DNA of 64,000 bases from Octopus sinensis (lineage: Eukaryota), in the NCBI RefSeq assembly GCF_006345805.1, contig NC_042997.1, forward strand, positions 115,382,001 through 115,446,000. The letters run 5' to 3'. A program made the translations under genes and the position numbers. Shown here piece after piece: positions 24,965-38,614 of the stretch. Under the pieces are notes generated by a model. The model ran no database searches. It was not told the DNA's origin and saw only the letters and a list, made by a program, of their open reading frames with translations. Every line of letters starts with the position of its first letter. Position 1 is the stretch's first letter.

Positions 24965-25434
24965 ATCGAGAGTGAATATTGATGCTTGGGTATAATGTTA
25001 ATCGATGTATGTAGAACATTAATTAATGTGTTAACTGTTGTAGTGAACATAAATGAAGGATAAGTTAACAAGTTGAACATACATGCTGATGTAGATATAA
25101 ACCAATCTATAGAATGTTAAAGGGCGTGGCTCAGAGAGAAAGAGAGTGAGTGAGTGAGAATGGGAGAGAGAGAAAGTGAAAGAGTAGAAAGCCGAGAGAA
25201 TGAGAGAGGAAGGAGAAAGAAATAGAGGGAGTAAGCCTACAGTGACTACACATAATGATGCTGATGTGTGAAATTTATTCAAATGTTGAGAAATGATAAC
25301 TGTTGAGGAAGGTGCAAATATCGATGTAGTTGTGTTCTGCATTGAATACAAGAGTGGAATGTGTTGAGTGATGCGTGACGCATAAAAGGGAAACAGTTTT
25401 ATGAATCTATTTACCCATCCATCCATTCATTCAT

Positions 25435-25436
25435 TC

Positions 25437-25506
<70 letters not shown>

Positions 25507-25578
25507 ATATCTATCTATCTATCTGCCTGCTTGTCTGTCTGCCAGCCTGCCTTTCTGCCTGCCTGTCTGCCTGTCTGT

Positions 25579-25615
<37 letters not shown>

Positions 25616-25698
25616 TGTCTATCTATCTATCTGTCTCTCTGTTTGTCTGCCTGCCTGCCTGCCTGCCTGTCTGTTTATCTGCCTGCCTGCCTGCCTGC

Positions 25699-25777
<79 letters not shown>

Positions 25778-25790
25778 GCTGTCTGTCTAC
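25435..25790. repeat. (TATC)n/(CCTG)n compound array
   Basis: direct inspection. Confidence 0.9.
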
Positions 25791-25930
25791 TTATATGTAT
25801 GTCTGTTTGTCTATCTATCAATTTTATACTTGTTTTAATCATTGACAGTGGTCATGCTGGAGCACTGCTTTGAATGTTTTAGTCGAGCAGATCGATTTCA
25901 GGATCTTTTTAAAAAAATTAGGTACTGTAA

Positions 25931-25989
<59 letters not shown>

Positions 25990-26053
25990 GTGTAACAAAA
26001 GAGAGATAACTGAAGGGTGTCTAGAGCTTTTAGTTGAACAAGAAACGCGAATA

Positions 26054-26642
26054 CAGTAATCCCTCTACTCCCGCGGGTGTTACAGTCCAAACCCATCCCC
26101 CGCGATAAGTGAAAATCCGCGAAGAAGAAACAGTACTGTACTGCATATTTTTAACCCCCGCCTTAGCGAAGGTATTGTTTTCAGTCGCGTTTGTTTGTTT
26201 TTCCGTGGACAAGATATATTAAGAACCACAGGATGGATTCGGTTGAAACTTTCAGGGATGTTTGGCCTCGTGACTAGCACGAGCTGATTAGATTTTGGGA
26301 TCAATCCGGTACCGGAAAAGGATTCTGGATTATTTTTTCTGTTTTTTTTTTTTTGTTTTTTTACTTAATTTTTGAGAGCGGTCGGGTTCATTTTTAGTAT
26401 TCTCGTTTGTGAGAGCAGTCGAGTTTATTTCATTTTAAAAGTCATCTCTGGCTAATCGTTGAAGGGACGTTGGTGTTGCCTTGGCGGAGGTTTGCACTCT
26501 TTAAGTGTTCTTGTTTATTATTATTTTTATAATTTCTATATATTAATTTTATTATAAATGCAAAACAACACCACCGAGGACTCGACGTAAGCTTAGCTAA
26601 TAAAGCGCGATAAGTGAACCGCGATATGGCGCGGGATTACTG
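26054..26642. mobile_element. pogo/Tigger-like MITE, interrupted
   Basis: TA-CAGTAATCCC... left end and ...GGGATTACTG right end; second left-end fragment at 24489-24580 (minus). Confidence 0.5.
26148..26515 (+). mobile_element. Non-autonomous Helentron-like (HINE/DINE-type) element
   Basis: sub-terminal inverted repeats CCCCGCCTTAGC / GCCTTGGCGGAGG, (GTTT)n, 3' hairpin GCACT..AGTGT, T-rich junctions. Confidence 0.55.
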
Positions 26643-26677
26643 CAATGCTATGTTAAATACCATATCTTTTATCTTGT

Positions 26678-26902
26678 TTATACTTGTTTCAGTCATTAGA
26701 CTGCGGCCATGCTGGGGCACCACCTTCAAGGATTTTTAGTCGAATAGATCGACTCCAGTACTTATTTTTTATCTTAAGCCTGTTACTTATTTATTCAGTA
26801 ATTTTTTATTCGGATCGCGGAGTTACAGGGACGTAAACAAACCAATACCTGTTGTCAAGCGGTGGTATATGACAAACACAAGACCCAAAGACACACGTAC
26901 AC

Positions 26903-26947
<45 letters not shown>

Positions 26948-27136
26948 ACACCTGCACACATGCGTACGTATACAATAGGTTTCTTTCAGTTTCCGTCTAG
27001 CAAATCCACTCACAAGGTTTTGGTCGGCCTGAAGCTGTAGTAGAAGACACTTGCCCAATGTGTCACATAGTGGGACTGAACCCGGAACCATGTAGCTGGG
27101 AAACAAACTTCTTACGACACCGACACGCCTCAGCCT
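26678..27136 (-). mobile_element. CORE-like SINE, full length
   Basis: family match. Confidence 0.8.
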
Positions 27137-27755
27137 ACAAGATAAATCCCTCGCTACTTCAAGAAACAATGGAACAATCGCTTCATGGTGTTTGAAACCA
27201 ACTCGAACTGAGAAAGGGAGATAATTTGAAGAATCATGAATTCTCTAAAACCGACATGCCATTAAGTAACAAACAGTCTGATTGTTTGGAGGCTAAAGGA
27301 CAGTCATGGATTCATGATGCAGCTTCAATAGGTATCATCTGTCCAATACACACATATATACACCCATATCGATATAGCTATATATACATATATACATTAA
27401 CACGCGCACACACACAATGATACGTATGCATGCATGCATGCATGTATGTATGTATGTATGTATGTATGTATGTATGTATGTATGTATGTATGTATGTATG
27501 TATGTATGTGAATGTTAGTTTTTAAGTCAAGTCGCAATAAAAGTTATTTTATATTAAACTGAACAAAAAAGCGGTAAGATGGCGGAATCGTTTGCACACC
27601 GGATAGAATGTTTAGACATTTCGTCCGCCTCAGGTTTTGAGTTCAAAATAAATACCTTATAACTGAAAGGCTCCGACTTCCAGGACACGGAGTTGCTCGC
27701 TTCCGATCATCGGCTGGTAAATCGATCCTGCTTTTCTTTTGAAATAATCAATGGT

Positions 27756-28465
<710 letters not shown>

Positions 28466-28604
28466 ATATATATAGTCTTTAATTTTCCGTCTACCAAATC
28501 CACTCATAAGGTTTTGATCGGCTCGAGGCGATAGTAGAAGACACTTTCCAAAGTTGCCACGCTGTACTGACTGAACCCAGAGCCATGTGGTTGGGAAGCA
28601 AGCT

Positions 28605-30625
28605 CCTTTATTTTATTAAATTTGCCACAAGGGCAGCACACAGAGAGAAGCTTGAGGACTAGACAGAGACATTAATGGGATGAATGATGATGATATATAT
28701 GGATGATAAGGATGGGAGAAGACGAAAATCGCCCGCCAACTTTCGCTTCTCTAAAACATTGTTCTTTTTTATAAAAAACACAATGAGGCAATAAACCTCT
28801 TACACAGTTCAAAATTAAAAATAAAACACAAACACGAGGTAATAATCCTCTCACTTTTTACATTTTTAGTCTCTTTTTGAAGTAATACACCTCTTCAATT
28901 TTTCTACCCGGCCAGGCTCCTCGCTTCATCGAAGCACCTGGTCCGTTCCGAACTTAAAGGTTTCAACATAAATCTGAAGGAGTCCTTCGGTAAGGAGTTC
29001 GTTATCTTCCATAGAGCGTTCTCCCATATGACCTCCGCAGCTACCTGCGAACCCACTCAGGGTCCTCCGTGTAGGACAGAAGCCCCTCCCACCGGCACTT
29101 CCTATCAATTTCTTTGATTTCATTTTGCAAGGTTCCTCCCTTGTGGAAGAGGACCAAAAATTCCTCCTCCAGCAGCACACCCGCCAAAGGAGAATCGGGA
29201 CACGCCGGCAGCGTGTCACAACCTGCCGGCAATGTTCCGTTTTTCTTTTTTCTTTTCTTTTTCCCTTGGGCTGCGGGAGGGTGGTGTTCCCTTGCTGTGT
29301 CCAGTAGGTCCTCCTTTTCTCCCGCACTCTCGGGTTCTTCGGTGGGCAACCATTGTTGCCCACCTTTCGCTTTTCGTTTTTTCGAGGAGGTGGAAACCTC
29401 CTCGACATCCTCCTCCTTCTCTCCCTCCATTGAGTGGTTCCTCGGTTAACTGCTCCAGAATCCTATTTTGGTCCTTGGGGCAATTTTTCTTGATGTGGCC
29501 GGTCTCCAGGCACAGGTCACACTTGGGGGGGGGGGCGTCTCTCAAGCATCACCGGATACCTAGATCCGGCCATCCTCAAAAAGTCTGGGGAAACCAGACT
29601 TTCGACTGATTGGGTCCATAAGGTCAACACAGCTTTTGACCCCTCCCAATCAGCCGCAGGCAAAATTTTTACGTTGAGCAGCTTGGTACTGCTACCACCC
29701 AGACCCCGGCGGATAGAGTTCTCTATCCACTCGGGCTCAACTCCGGGTGGCAAACCGCAGATCCAAGCTTTCAATAATTTCTGTCCACAGTAGCTTGGAA
29801 GAAACATTATTTCCTTCCCCTCGAGGGGCCGGCTTGCAAAATCGCAAGCTTCTTTGGGGGAATCAAATAGCAACCAGACCGTTGCAAATTTGACTCCCCG
29901 TGAAATAAATTTAATAGCTGGCATGTATTTTGCCAGCTCTTTCAAAATTGTGGCTTTCGGGAAGACGGTTATGGTATCGAGCATTTTGAATAAGTCCTCA
30001 AACACACCGTCTTCCTTTCGAGCTCTTTTAGCCATGATTTGGGAGGGTGTTTAATTCCAACACTATATTTCCTTTGCCATTTTTTAAAAATAAAAAGTTC
30101 AAATATAGTTCGTCAATACGTTTTCAAATAAAGAAAGATACACAAAAAAAGAAAGAAGACACAACAGAAGGGAAGAAAAAATAAAAATAACAGTTCAAAT
30201 AAAGTTCTTTTTTTTTTTTTAATAAATGATAGCTGTAAAAAGAGAGTTCAAATCCAGGCAAAGAAATAAATTTTCGGCCGAAAGGTACTCCTGGCCAATT
30301 CTTTTAATCCACGTGGGCACAAACATTTTCAAATACAATTTCTCACAATTATGTGAGACAACACACACGTCACCACCGCCAGGCAGACAAAAAGCTTCGA
30401 AATCCAGTAAGGACTCCCTGCCTGTTCAAAAAAATTAAAACCAACAGGCAACAAATCCTACCGGACTCAAAAAGCAAAAAGTCTTACCTTACAGCGTCTT
30501 TCAGTTCAACTTTCGCCAGCTGCATACCAGCGTGACGACTTTTAACAGGTGCGTGAAGAACACTGTTTTTGTTCTTTTTTCTTTTTAGGACGGAGCTCAA
30601 AGCTACACGTCCTCACTGTTCAACC
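28605..30625 (-). mobile_element. ORF1-only Tx1/L1-clade retroelement derivative with TSD
   Basis: TSD GGAAGCAAGCT at 28594-28604 and 30626-30636; A-rich 3' end; splits a SINE head. Confidence 0.7.
28926..30035 (-). pseudogene. Gag-like ORF1 with CCHC zinc knuckle (frameshifted)
   Basis: MAKRARKEDG... then CDLCLETGHIKKNC (C-x2-C-x4-H-x4-C, 29480-29522), basic KKRK/KKKRKKK tracts; frameshift in G run near 29530. Confidence 0.75.
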
Positions 30626-31072
30626 GGAAGCAAGCTTCTTACCACACAGCCACTCCCGCGCCTTTGTCTAACTATTTTTTAACAGTTATCCTGACGCTTT
30701 ATTTTATTGTCTCTATTCAATGGTGTTCATTTAGACATTTTACGCTTCGAACGCATAGGCGTAGTAAGACCGAATGGTTCACAAGGTCGCATCACAGCGA
30801 CGTGGTCTCTGGTTCGATCTTACTGAGTGATATCTCGAGCAAATGTTAGTTTTTATAGCCTTGAGCTAACTATTACCTTGTGAATGAAATTGTGTAGATG
30901 GAAACTGTACAGAATCCTGACGTGTCATTCAAAAGGATACGGCCATGCTATACACTGTATCATGCTGATTCTTGTTAAGGATTGCATTATTTGATATTAT
31001 TGTCTGAGGAATACTCAGCCAGACATAGGCTGATTTATGTTCAAGAAATTTAGTTAACTGAAAAACACAGGT

Positions 31073-31450
31073 GCAGGCGTGGATGTGTGGTAAAGAAGTT
31101 TGTTTTTTAGCCACATGGATTCAGGTTCTCTTCTACTACGTGGCACCTTGGGCAAGTGTCTTCTACTATAGCTAAGTGCCGACCAAAGTGGTAGACGGAA
31201 ACTGAAAGAAGACCCCCACACACACAAATACATATATATCCATGTGTGCGCGCGTGTGTGTGTATGTGTGTGTGTGTTCGCCACCACTGCTTGACAACCG
31301 GTACTGCTGTGTTTACATGCCTGCAACTTAGCGCTTCGGCAAAAGGGACCGATAGAATAAGCACCAAGTTTGAAAAAAAAAACAAGTACTTCAAGGTGCT
31401 GCCCCAGAATGGCTGTAATTTAATAACGGAAACGAGTAAAAGATAAAAGA
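31073..31450 (+). mobile_element. CORE-like SINE, diverged
   Basis: family match. Confidence 0.7.
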
Positions 31451-32159
31451 AAAGATGAAAGATAAACCGAATCCTCATAGTGATACGACGGAGATCCGCT
31501 GCCGCTGGCACCACCACCAACACCAGCAACACCGGCACCAGCAGCACCACCTCCACTTTTATCATAATTAGAACCTTCATCGTGGGTACTGCCTCTCTGC
31601 TTGTCTGTCTGTGCTCCATCAGCGTCTGTCTCTTTGTCTCTCTCTATCTGTCTGTCTGTATGTCTATTTATCAGTCGCTTCTTCTTCTTCTTCTTCTTCT
31701 TCTTCTTCTTCTTCTTCTTCTTCTTCTTCTTCTTCTTCTTCTTCTTCTTCTTCTTCTTCTTCTTTTCTTCTTCTTCTTCCTTGTTCTCTTTTCCCCTTTT
31801 ATCCGTCGTTCCGCACGTTTTCCAATCTACACATGTATTACTATATCAAAGTAACGTAGCAAAAACGAACACGTGTACAAAACAGAACCTACACACACAC
31901 ATACATGCGCGCGCAAACAATTACGTTTACACAAACACACACATTATTCATCTCTGGTCTTTCTTGTTAGGTAATACTTAAAGGGCTGTTCTGCGTGTTT
32001 CTTTAACACTAGTAGAACACAGGGACCTCCCGTTGTATTCAGCTACTTAAAACTTCAGAGTGGGGTGATAAGGGGATTTCTATGGACTTCCTGCCACCAG
32101 TTTTGAGGGTTTTACATAATATGGTGTTATTTAGACATACACTATGTCGCTCTTCCTTA

Positions 32160-32258
<99 letters not shown>

Positions 32259-32261
32259 TAA

Positions 32262-33147
32262 ACGTGGCTGATCAATAAGTACCCGCACTGTTGTCATAGT
32301 AACGAAGCTAAAGAACGCAGAATAACGCTTGACACACATTGACCTTGAATTCTTCTGTGCTTGCGCGCGATGTGAGTTCTAGCTCACTTCCGCTCTCTAC
32401 AGCAGTGCTTGAAAGGAAGGTGTGTAGCGTATGATCGTCGCATTGACGTTGACAGAGAAAGTTGAGCAGAGAATCTGCATCAAATTTTGCCAAAAGCTTG
32501 GCGATACCTTCTCAGAGGCCTATGCAAAGTTTTCAAAAAGTGTTCATCGTTCTCGACACAATGAAGGAGATCTTGTGAAACTGAAACCCAAATGTCTTTT
32601 TGGTCAGCTGAAAGCAGTTTTGGCACAAACTTGGCTGACATGCGTCTCATACCCAAATCTTCAGTAATAATGGACTGAACTGAACCGTAACTAAACTGCA
32701 TATCCTTTGATATCTCACAGATGGTGATTCGACGATTGCCCCCACAGCTGCACGCACATCTGAGATGTTTTTCTCAGTTCTGCTCGTTGCGGGTCTCCCA
32801 GAATGTTCGTCAATATCGACATTTTTCGACCATCTTGGAAACAGTTAAGCCTCTCGTACACCTGTGTGCGGCTCATCCACTCCTCTCCATACACTTTCCG
32901 CAACTTTGCGTAGGGCTCTGAGCAGGTATCGTCGTGATAACTTTCTCTGCCATGGTCAATGCGACGATCACACGCTACACACATTCCTCCCAAGCACTGT
33001 TGTAAACAGCGAAAGTGAGCTAGAACGTTAACACATAGTGCACATGCACAGCAGCGTTCAAGGTCAATGTGTGTCAAGCGGTTTCACTCTATGTGCTTTA
33101 GCTTCATTACTATGGCAACAGTCCAGATACTTATTGATCAGACCTCG
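32262..33147 (-). mobile_element. Internally deleted mariner with long inverted ends
   Basis: TIR CGAGGTCTGATCAATAAGTA; transposase N-terminus (EKVEQRICIKFC, SRTQVYE, LGMRRMSAKFVPKLL) present; TA flanks. Confidence 0.85.
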
Positions 33148-33261
33148 TATATGTATGTATGTATGTATGTACGTACGTATGCGTGTATACAGGTATATAT
33201 ATATATATGTGTGTGTGTGTGCCCTGTGTTACACCTCGACCCTGGATCTTACATTTTATAT

Positions 33262-33301
<40 letters not shown>

Positions 33302-33440
33302 TATGATATATCATATACATATATGTATATATATATATATATAACGGGAAGCTTTATGAAAATAGACAAAAGACGAAGGCAGGTGGAAAACAACGAACAA
33401 TTGTATTAGTATGGCGCTCAGGAAATATAATAAAAACAAG

Positions 33441-33478
33441 TCTTTAACGTTTCGAGCCTACGCTCTTCAACAGAAAGA
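33441..33478 (-). ncRNA. Minimal hammerhead, variant core CUGUUGA, in 3' terminus of PLE
   Basis: TCTTT-CTGTTGA-A-GAGC(GTAG)GCTC-GAAAC-GTT-AAAGA. Confidence 0.6.
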
Positions 33479-34349
33479 TACAGAGAGAAAAAAAACACAG
33501 AGAAGAAGAAGAGAGAGAAAAAAATGCGTGCAGTAACTAACGAATCAACATGGCGATCTGATTTCGGCCAGAGGTCAAAGATCAAACATGAGACGCGAGA
33601 GCGAAATAAGGGGAGATAATAGGGTTGATAATAGGTTTGAATGACCAGCTATTAGTGCGTAGGAGGGGTCTGGACGTGTGTGATGTATAGGGTTGGGTAT
33701 GTATTAGTATGTATTAGTATGTATAAGGGTGTGTGTGTGTGTGTGTGTGTGTATGAGAGAGTAGTGCGTAGCGTAGGATAGGTCTGGACGTGCGTATGTA
33801 TGGGGTTGGTGTATGTATTAGTATGTATTAGTATGTATTAGTACGTATTAGTATGTATAGTGTGTGTGTGTGTGTGTATGAAAGAGTATAAGTGCGTATG
33901 AGGGGTCTGGACGTGTGTATGTATAGGGTTGGTGTATGTATTAGTATGTATTAGTATGTATTAGTACGTATTAGTATGTATTAGTTGGTGTATGTATTAG
34001 TATGGCATCATATATGATGTGATGTGTAAGTCGTGTGGTGTATTGTCGAGTGTGGTGTAGGGGAGGAGGAGAAGAGGGGGAGGGGGAGAAGAGGGGGGAG
34101 AGGGGGAGGGGAGAGAGGGGGAGAAGAAGGGGAAGAGGAGGGGGAGGAAGGAGGGAAAGGAAGGGGAGGAGAGGGAGAGAGAAGAGGAGTGAGGGAGTGA
34201 GGGAGCAGAGGGAAGGGGAAGAGGGAAGAGGGAGGGAAGGAGAAAGAGGGAAGAAGGGAGGGGAGTAGGGGTGAAAGGATGAAGGACTGAAGAAGTAGGG
34301 GTCGGAGGTGAAGGATAGGTGAGGAGGGGAGAGGGGGGTTAGATGAGGA

Positions 34350-37252
34350 GGGGGGAGAGTTGAGACCAAATGGCGTATAAGAGCGAAGAGAGAAGATTAA
34401 TTTCTGTAAACGGCGCAAACGGGAATCCGGATGGCCTCTGTGTAAGGACAAACCGAACACAGATAGGTGTTGCAAGGAGTGACCGGTGGAGCGGAAATGG
34501 CGTGAGACCGGTGTGTCGTTCGCAAGGTGGATGTCACGAAGGTGTTCCGCGAACCGGTCAGCCAAGCGGCGTCCCGTTTGTCCGATGTACAATGAATTGC
34601 AGAGAGAGCAAGAGATGCAATAGATAATATTGCTGGAGGTGCAGGTGAAGGAGTGGATGATGGGATAGAGAAGAGTCGTGGTGGGTGCTAGTGAGGTGGG
34701 GTGGTGTTGGAGAGGTAAGGGCAGTGCGGCAACGTGGGCGGGGCAGGGGAACGAGCCGGGTTGGGAGGTAGGGTCAGGGAAGGAGCTATGGACCAAAGGT
34801 CTCGAAGGTTGTGGGCTCGTTTGAAAGAGGGGAGGGGTCGGTTAGGGAAGAGGTGTGAAGTGGACGGGTCGGACTGGAGATGACGGAAAGCTCGAAGAAT
34901 GGTGTGCGTTGGAGACGTAGGGTCGTGGGGTGGTAAGTGAGGGGAAAAGGGAGGCGGGAGACTACAGGGCGGGTTCGGGGAGAGAGAGCAGATACACGGT
35001 CCACGGACCGTGCTCTGGCAAGGGCGGTGTGGATAGTGGGTGAGGGGGTATCCACGTAGGGTGAAGTGGTGAGCCATACGTTGAGACTGAGTCTCAAAGT
35101 CATGGTCGTCACTACAGAGCCTACGTAGACGGAGGAATTGGGAATAGGGGATGGAAAGCTTGGTGTGTTCTGGGTGGGAGGAAGAGAAGTTGAGGTATGA
35201 GTGTGAGTCTGTGTGTTTGTAGTGAATGGAGGTGGTAAGAGTGGAGTGAAGAATGCTAACCGAAATGTCGAGGAAGGAGACAGAGGTTTGGAGATAGTGG
35301 AAGTGAAGTGGGGGGGGATGGAAAGATTGGACGAAAGAGAGGAAGGAATCTAGATGTTCGCGGGAGAGTGAGGTGGCACCGATAATGTCGTCAATGTAAC
35401 GACCATATAGTTCAGGAGTGGGACCAGTGAAATTAGAGAATATTTGGGCCTCAACATAGCCAACGAACAGGTTCGCATAGTTGGGGCCCATTCGCGTTCC
35501 CATGGCCACTCCCGAGATCTGATGGTAGAACTCGCCCGCGAACGAGAAGCAGTTCAGAGTAAGGACAAGTTCGGCCAGACGAATGAGTGTGGAGGTGTCA
35601 GGTACAGGGTTAGAGCGGAGGTCAAGAAAGTGTCGAAGGGCCTGCAGTCCTTCGTGGTGAGGGATAACAGTATAGAGGCTTTGGATGTCCATAGTAAAAA
35701 GGATTTTGGAGGAGCCGGGAGGAAAGGAGAAAGAGTTGAAAAGCCGGAGAGCATGGTTGGTATCGTGGATGTGGGAGGGGAGGGAAGAGATGCCACTAGG
35801 GGGGCAAGGACACGGTCGAGGTATTTAGAGATGAGCTCCGTGGGCAGGAGTTAGGCGGAGACGATGGGGCGGCCAGGGTTGTTGGGTTTGTGGATTTTGG
35901 GGAGGAAGTAATGGTGGGGGTACGTGGGGTTCGCACAATTAGGTTGGATGCGGTGCGGGGGAGGGGGAGGACGAGATGAGGTCGTGGACAGTAGAGGATA
36001 CCGTCTGTTGGTAGCTACGTGTGGGGGTTAGAGGGCAGAGGGGAATAGAAGGAGGTGTCATTGAGTTGGCGGAAAGCCTCGGCCCTATAGAGGTCCGCGC
36101 GCCACACCACTACAGCTCCACCCTTGTCAGCCGATTTGATGATAATGTCAGCGCGCCGTTGGAGGGAACGAAGAGCCAAGAGCTCAGCCGGGGAGAGAGT
36201 TGAGGCGGCGTTGGCGCCTGGAGAAGTTGAACCGCTCCAATGCACGCTGACAAGCGCCCCGCGAAAAGATCCACTGCTAGGATCTGGCAGGGGCAGGCGT
36301 CCACGGGGATGGTCGGCGGCCCAGGCCAGTGAAGCAGTCCTCTTCGTTGGGTGTGGGTGGCGAGTCGTGGTAATGCGCACCCAACCGGACACGGCGCACA
36401 AAGCTGTGGACATCAACTCGCGTCTGGAATTCCTTACAGGATGGAGTGAGGGGGATGAAACGCAGACCCCTACCAAGGACGGAGCGTTCAGCCGCAGAGA
36501 GGGGAAGATCGGGGGGATGGTAACAACAGACGGAAGTGGAGAAGGGGTGGGTGGAATAGAAGTAGGAGAGGTGGTAGGTCTCGTGGAGGTCTGAGGGGGG
36601 GGATTGGGGAGGTGTGTGGAGGGGTGGTTGGGGGGGGCAGTAGGGTTAGGTGTAGGTGGATGGAGCCTATCGGGGGGGAGAGGGGTTGTAGGGAGGGGCA
36701 GTGGGGTTAGGTGTGGGTGGATGGAGCCTATCGGGAGGGGAGAAGGGTGGTGGAGGAGTTGGGGGGTAGTGGCGTCGGGTAGGGTGGAATGGAAGAGTGA
36801 TTGGAGTTTACGAAGTTTGGTATCAGAAAGAAATTGATGGAAGAGTTGATTCAAATGGATAATGAAGCGTAGCGTGTTTGGAGCATAGAGAGGCGGCAGA
36901 GAGGAGAGAAGAAGGTGGAGAAAGCAGGAGGAAGAAGGCGGTTGATGGCATGTAGTTTGGAGAGATTGGAGCGAATGGTGGCCCGCATAAGGCGGTAAGA
37001 TGTGGTGCGGAGTATGGGTAAGATGGAAGAATCCGAGTGGAGAGCAGGGTGGAAGTGGAGGCGGAAACCTTTAGGGATGAGTCGGTGATGTAGGCAGCGG
37101 CTTAGGAAAGAGACATGGCTAGAGAAGCGGTTTTTTTAAAAAAGAAGTAGAGAGAGATTAACGGACGGCTGAAGGCAATATACAGGAAGAGAACGGAGAT
37201 GATCCTTCAAACGGTGATGGAGGGTGAGGAGGTAGGACCTAGGATCCGGCAT
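34350..37252 (-). pseudogene. PLE RT plus GIY-YIG ORF, multiple frameshifts
   Basis: ATG at 37252; H..FLSRC....IPKGF; IKSADKGGAVVVW; LPKIHKPNNPGRPIVS; MDIQSLY; GVAMGTRMGPNYANL; RYIDD; FLDI; IYCISCSLC..YIGQTGRRLADRFAEH; PFGLN. Confidence 0.93.
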
Positions 37253-38252
37253 GATGGGATAGCGGAAAAAAACAAACGTTCGAAAAAACAAAAAAAAACA
37301 AAAAACAAAAAACAAAAAACAAAAAATTATCGTATGAAAAAAATAGAAAAAAAGGATAGCGAAAAAAGGGGAAAAAACAAACGCTCAAAAAAACAAAAAA
37401 ATAATAATCGTATGAAAAAACTAGATAAGTAAGCGATAGGGGCAGAAAAGACGGGGCAAACGGAAAAGGGAAAGAAAGAAGGGAAGCAGAGAGAGGGGGA
37501 GGCAAAAAAAGGGGGGTGCAGGCAGAGGAAACAGAGTATGGACATCCAGAGAGGGAAGAAAGACGGAAAGGAGAACAAAAATGCAGGAAAATGTGGAAAG
37601 CATGAAATGAATGTAAAAAAAGTGGTAATATAGAGAAAAATAAAAATACAACAAACGGGACAGTTTATGCGAACAAGTTCAAGGTTGAAAGTTCAAGGTG
37701 AGAAATGTGTAGACGTCGTGGTATATTTTTTAAGGATTTCACATGCACACCCATATATATACATATATAAATGCACACACACTTACATATGCATGCACAC
37801 ACACACACACACTCACGCATGCACACACACATACACACACGCACACACACGCACACATATACAACGGGCATCTTTCAGTTACCCTCTATCAAATCCACTC
37901 CCAAGGCTTTTGTACGGCCCGAGGCTAAAGTAGAAAACACTTGCGCAATTTGCCACGTAGTTGGACTGAACCCGGAATCATGTGGTTGGGAAGAAACCTT
38001 TTTACCACACAGCCACGCCGCGCCCGTCTTATTTCTTTTATCCGTTGTTTCTTTCAATGATTGGACTCCAGCCATCCCGGGGCACCGCTTTCAAAAATTT
38101 ATTTATTTTTTTGCTTAAGCCTGGTATTTATTTTATCAGTTAATTTAGCTGAACCGCTAAGTTACAGGGACGTCAACACACCAACACCAGTGATAGGCAT
38201 ACACACAGACATGCACACACACATAGATACACTTGTGCTAACGGGTAATCAC

Positions 38253-38324
<72 letters not shown>

Positions 38325-38371
38325 GTGTTTGTGTATATTTGTATATGTGTGTGTATATGTGTACATATATT

Positions 38372-38546
38372 GGCATAGGCGCGGCTGTGTGGTAAGCAGC
38401 TTCCTTTTCAATCACATGGTTTCGAGTTCAGTCCCCTCTGCATGAGACCTTGGACAAGTGTCTTCTACTCTAGCCTCGGGCTGACCAAAGCTTTGTGAGT
38501 GGATTCGGTAGACGGAAACTGAAAGAAGCCCGTTGTGTATATATGC

Positions 38547-38614
<68 letters not shown>

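Larger units (their letters stand above)
33344..37650 (-). mobile_element. Near full-length Neptune-type Penelope-like element
   Basis: pyrimidine-rich 5' UTR, RT-EN coding region, minisatellite 3' UTR, hammerhead-bearing terminus, (TA)n flank. Confidence 0.9.
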
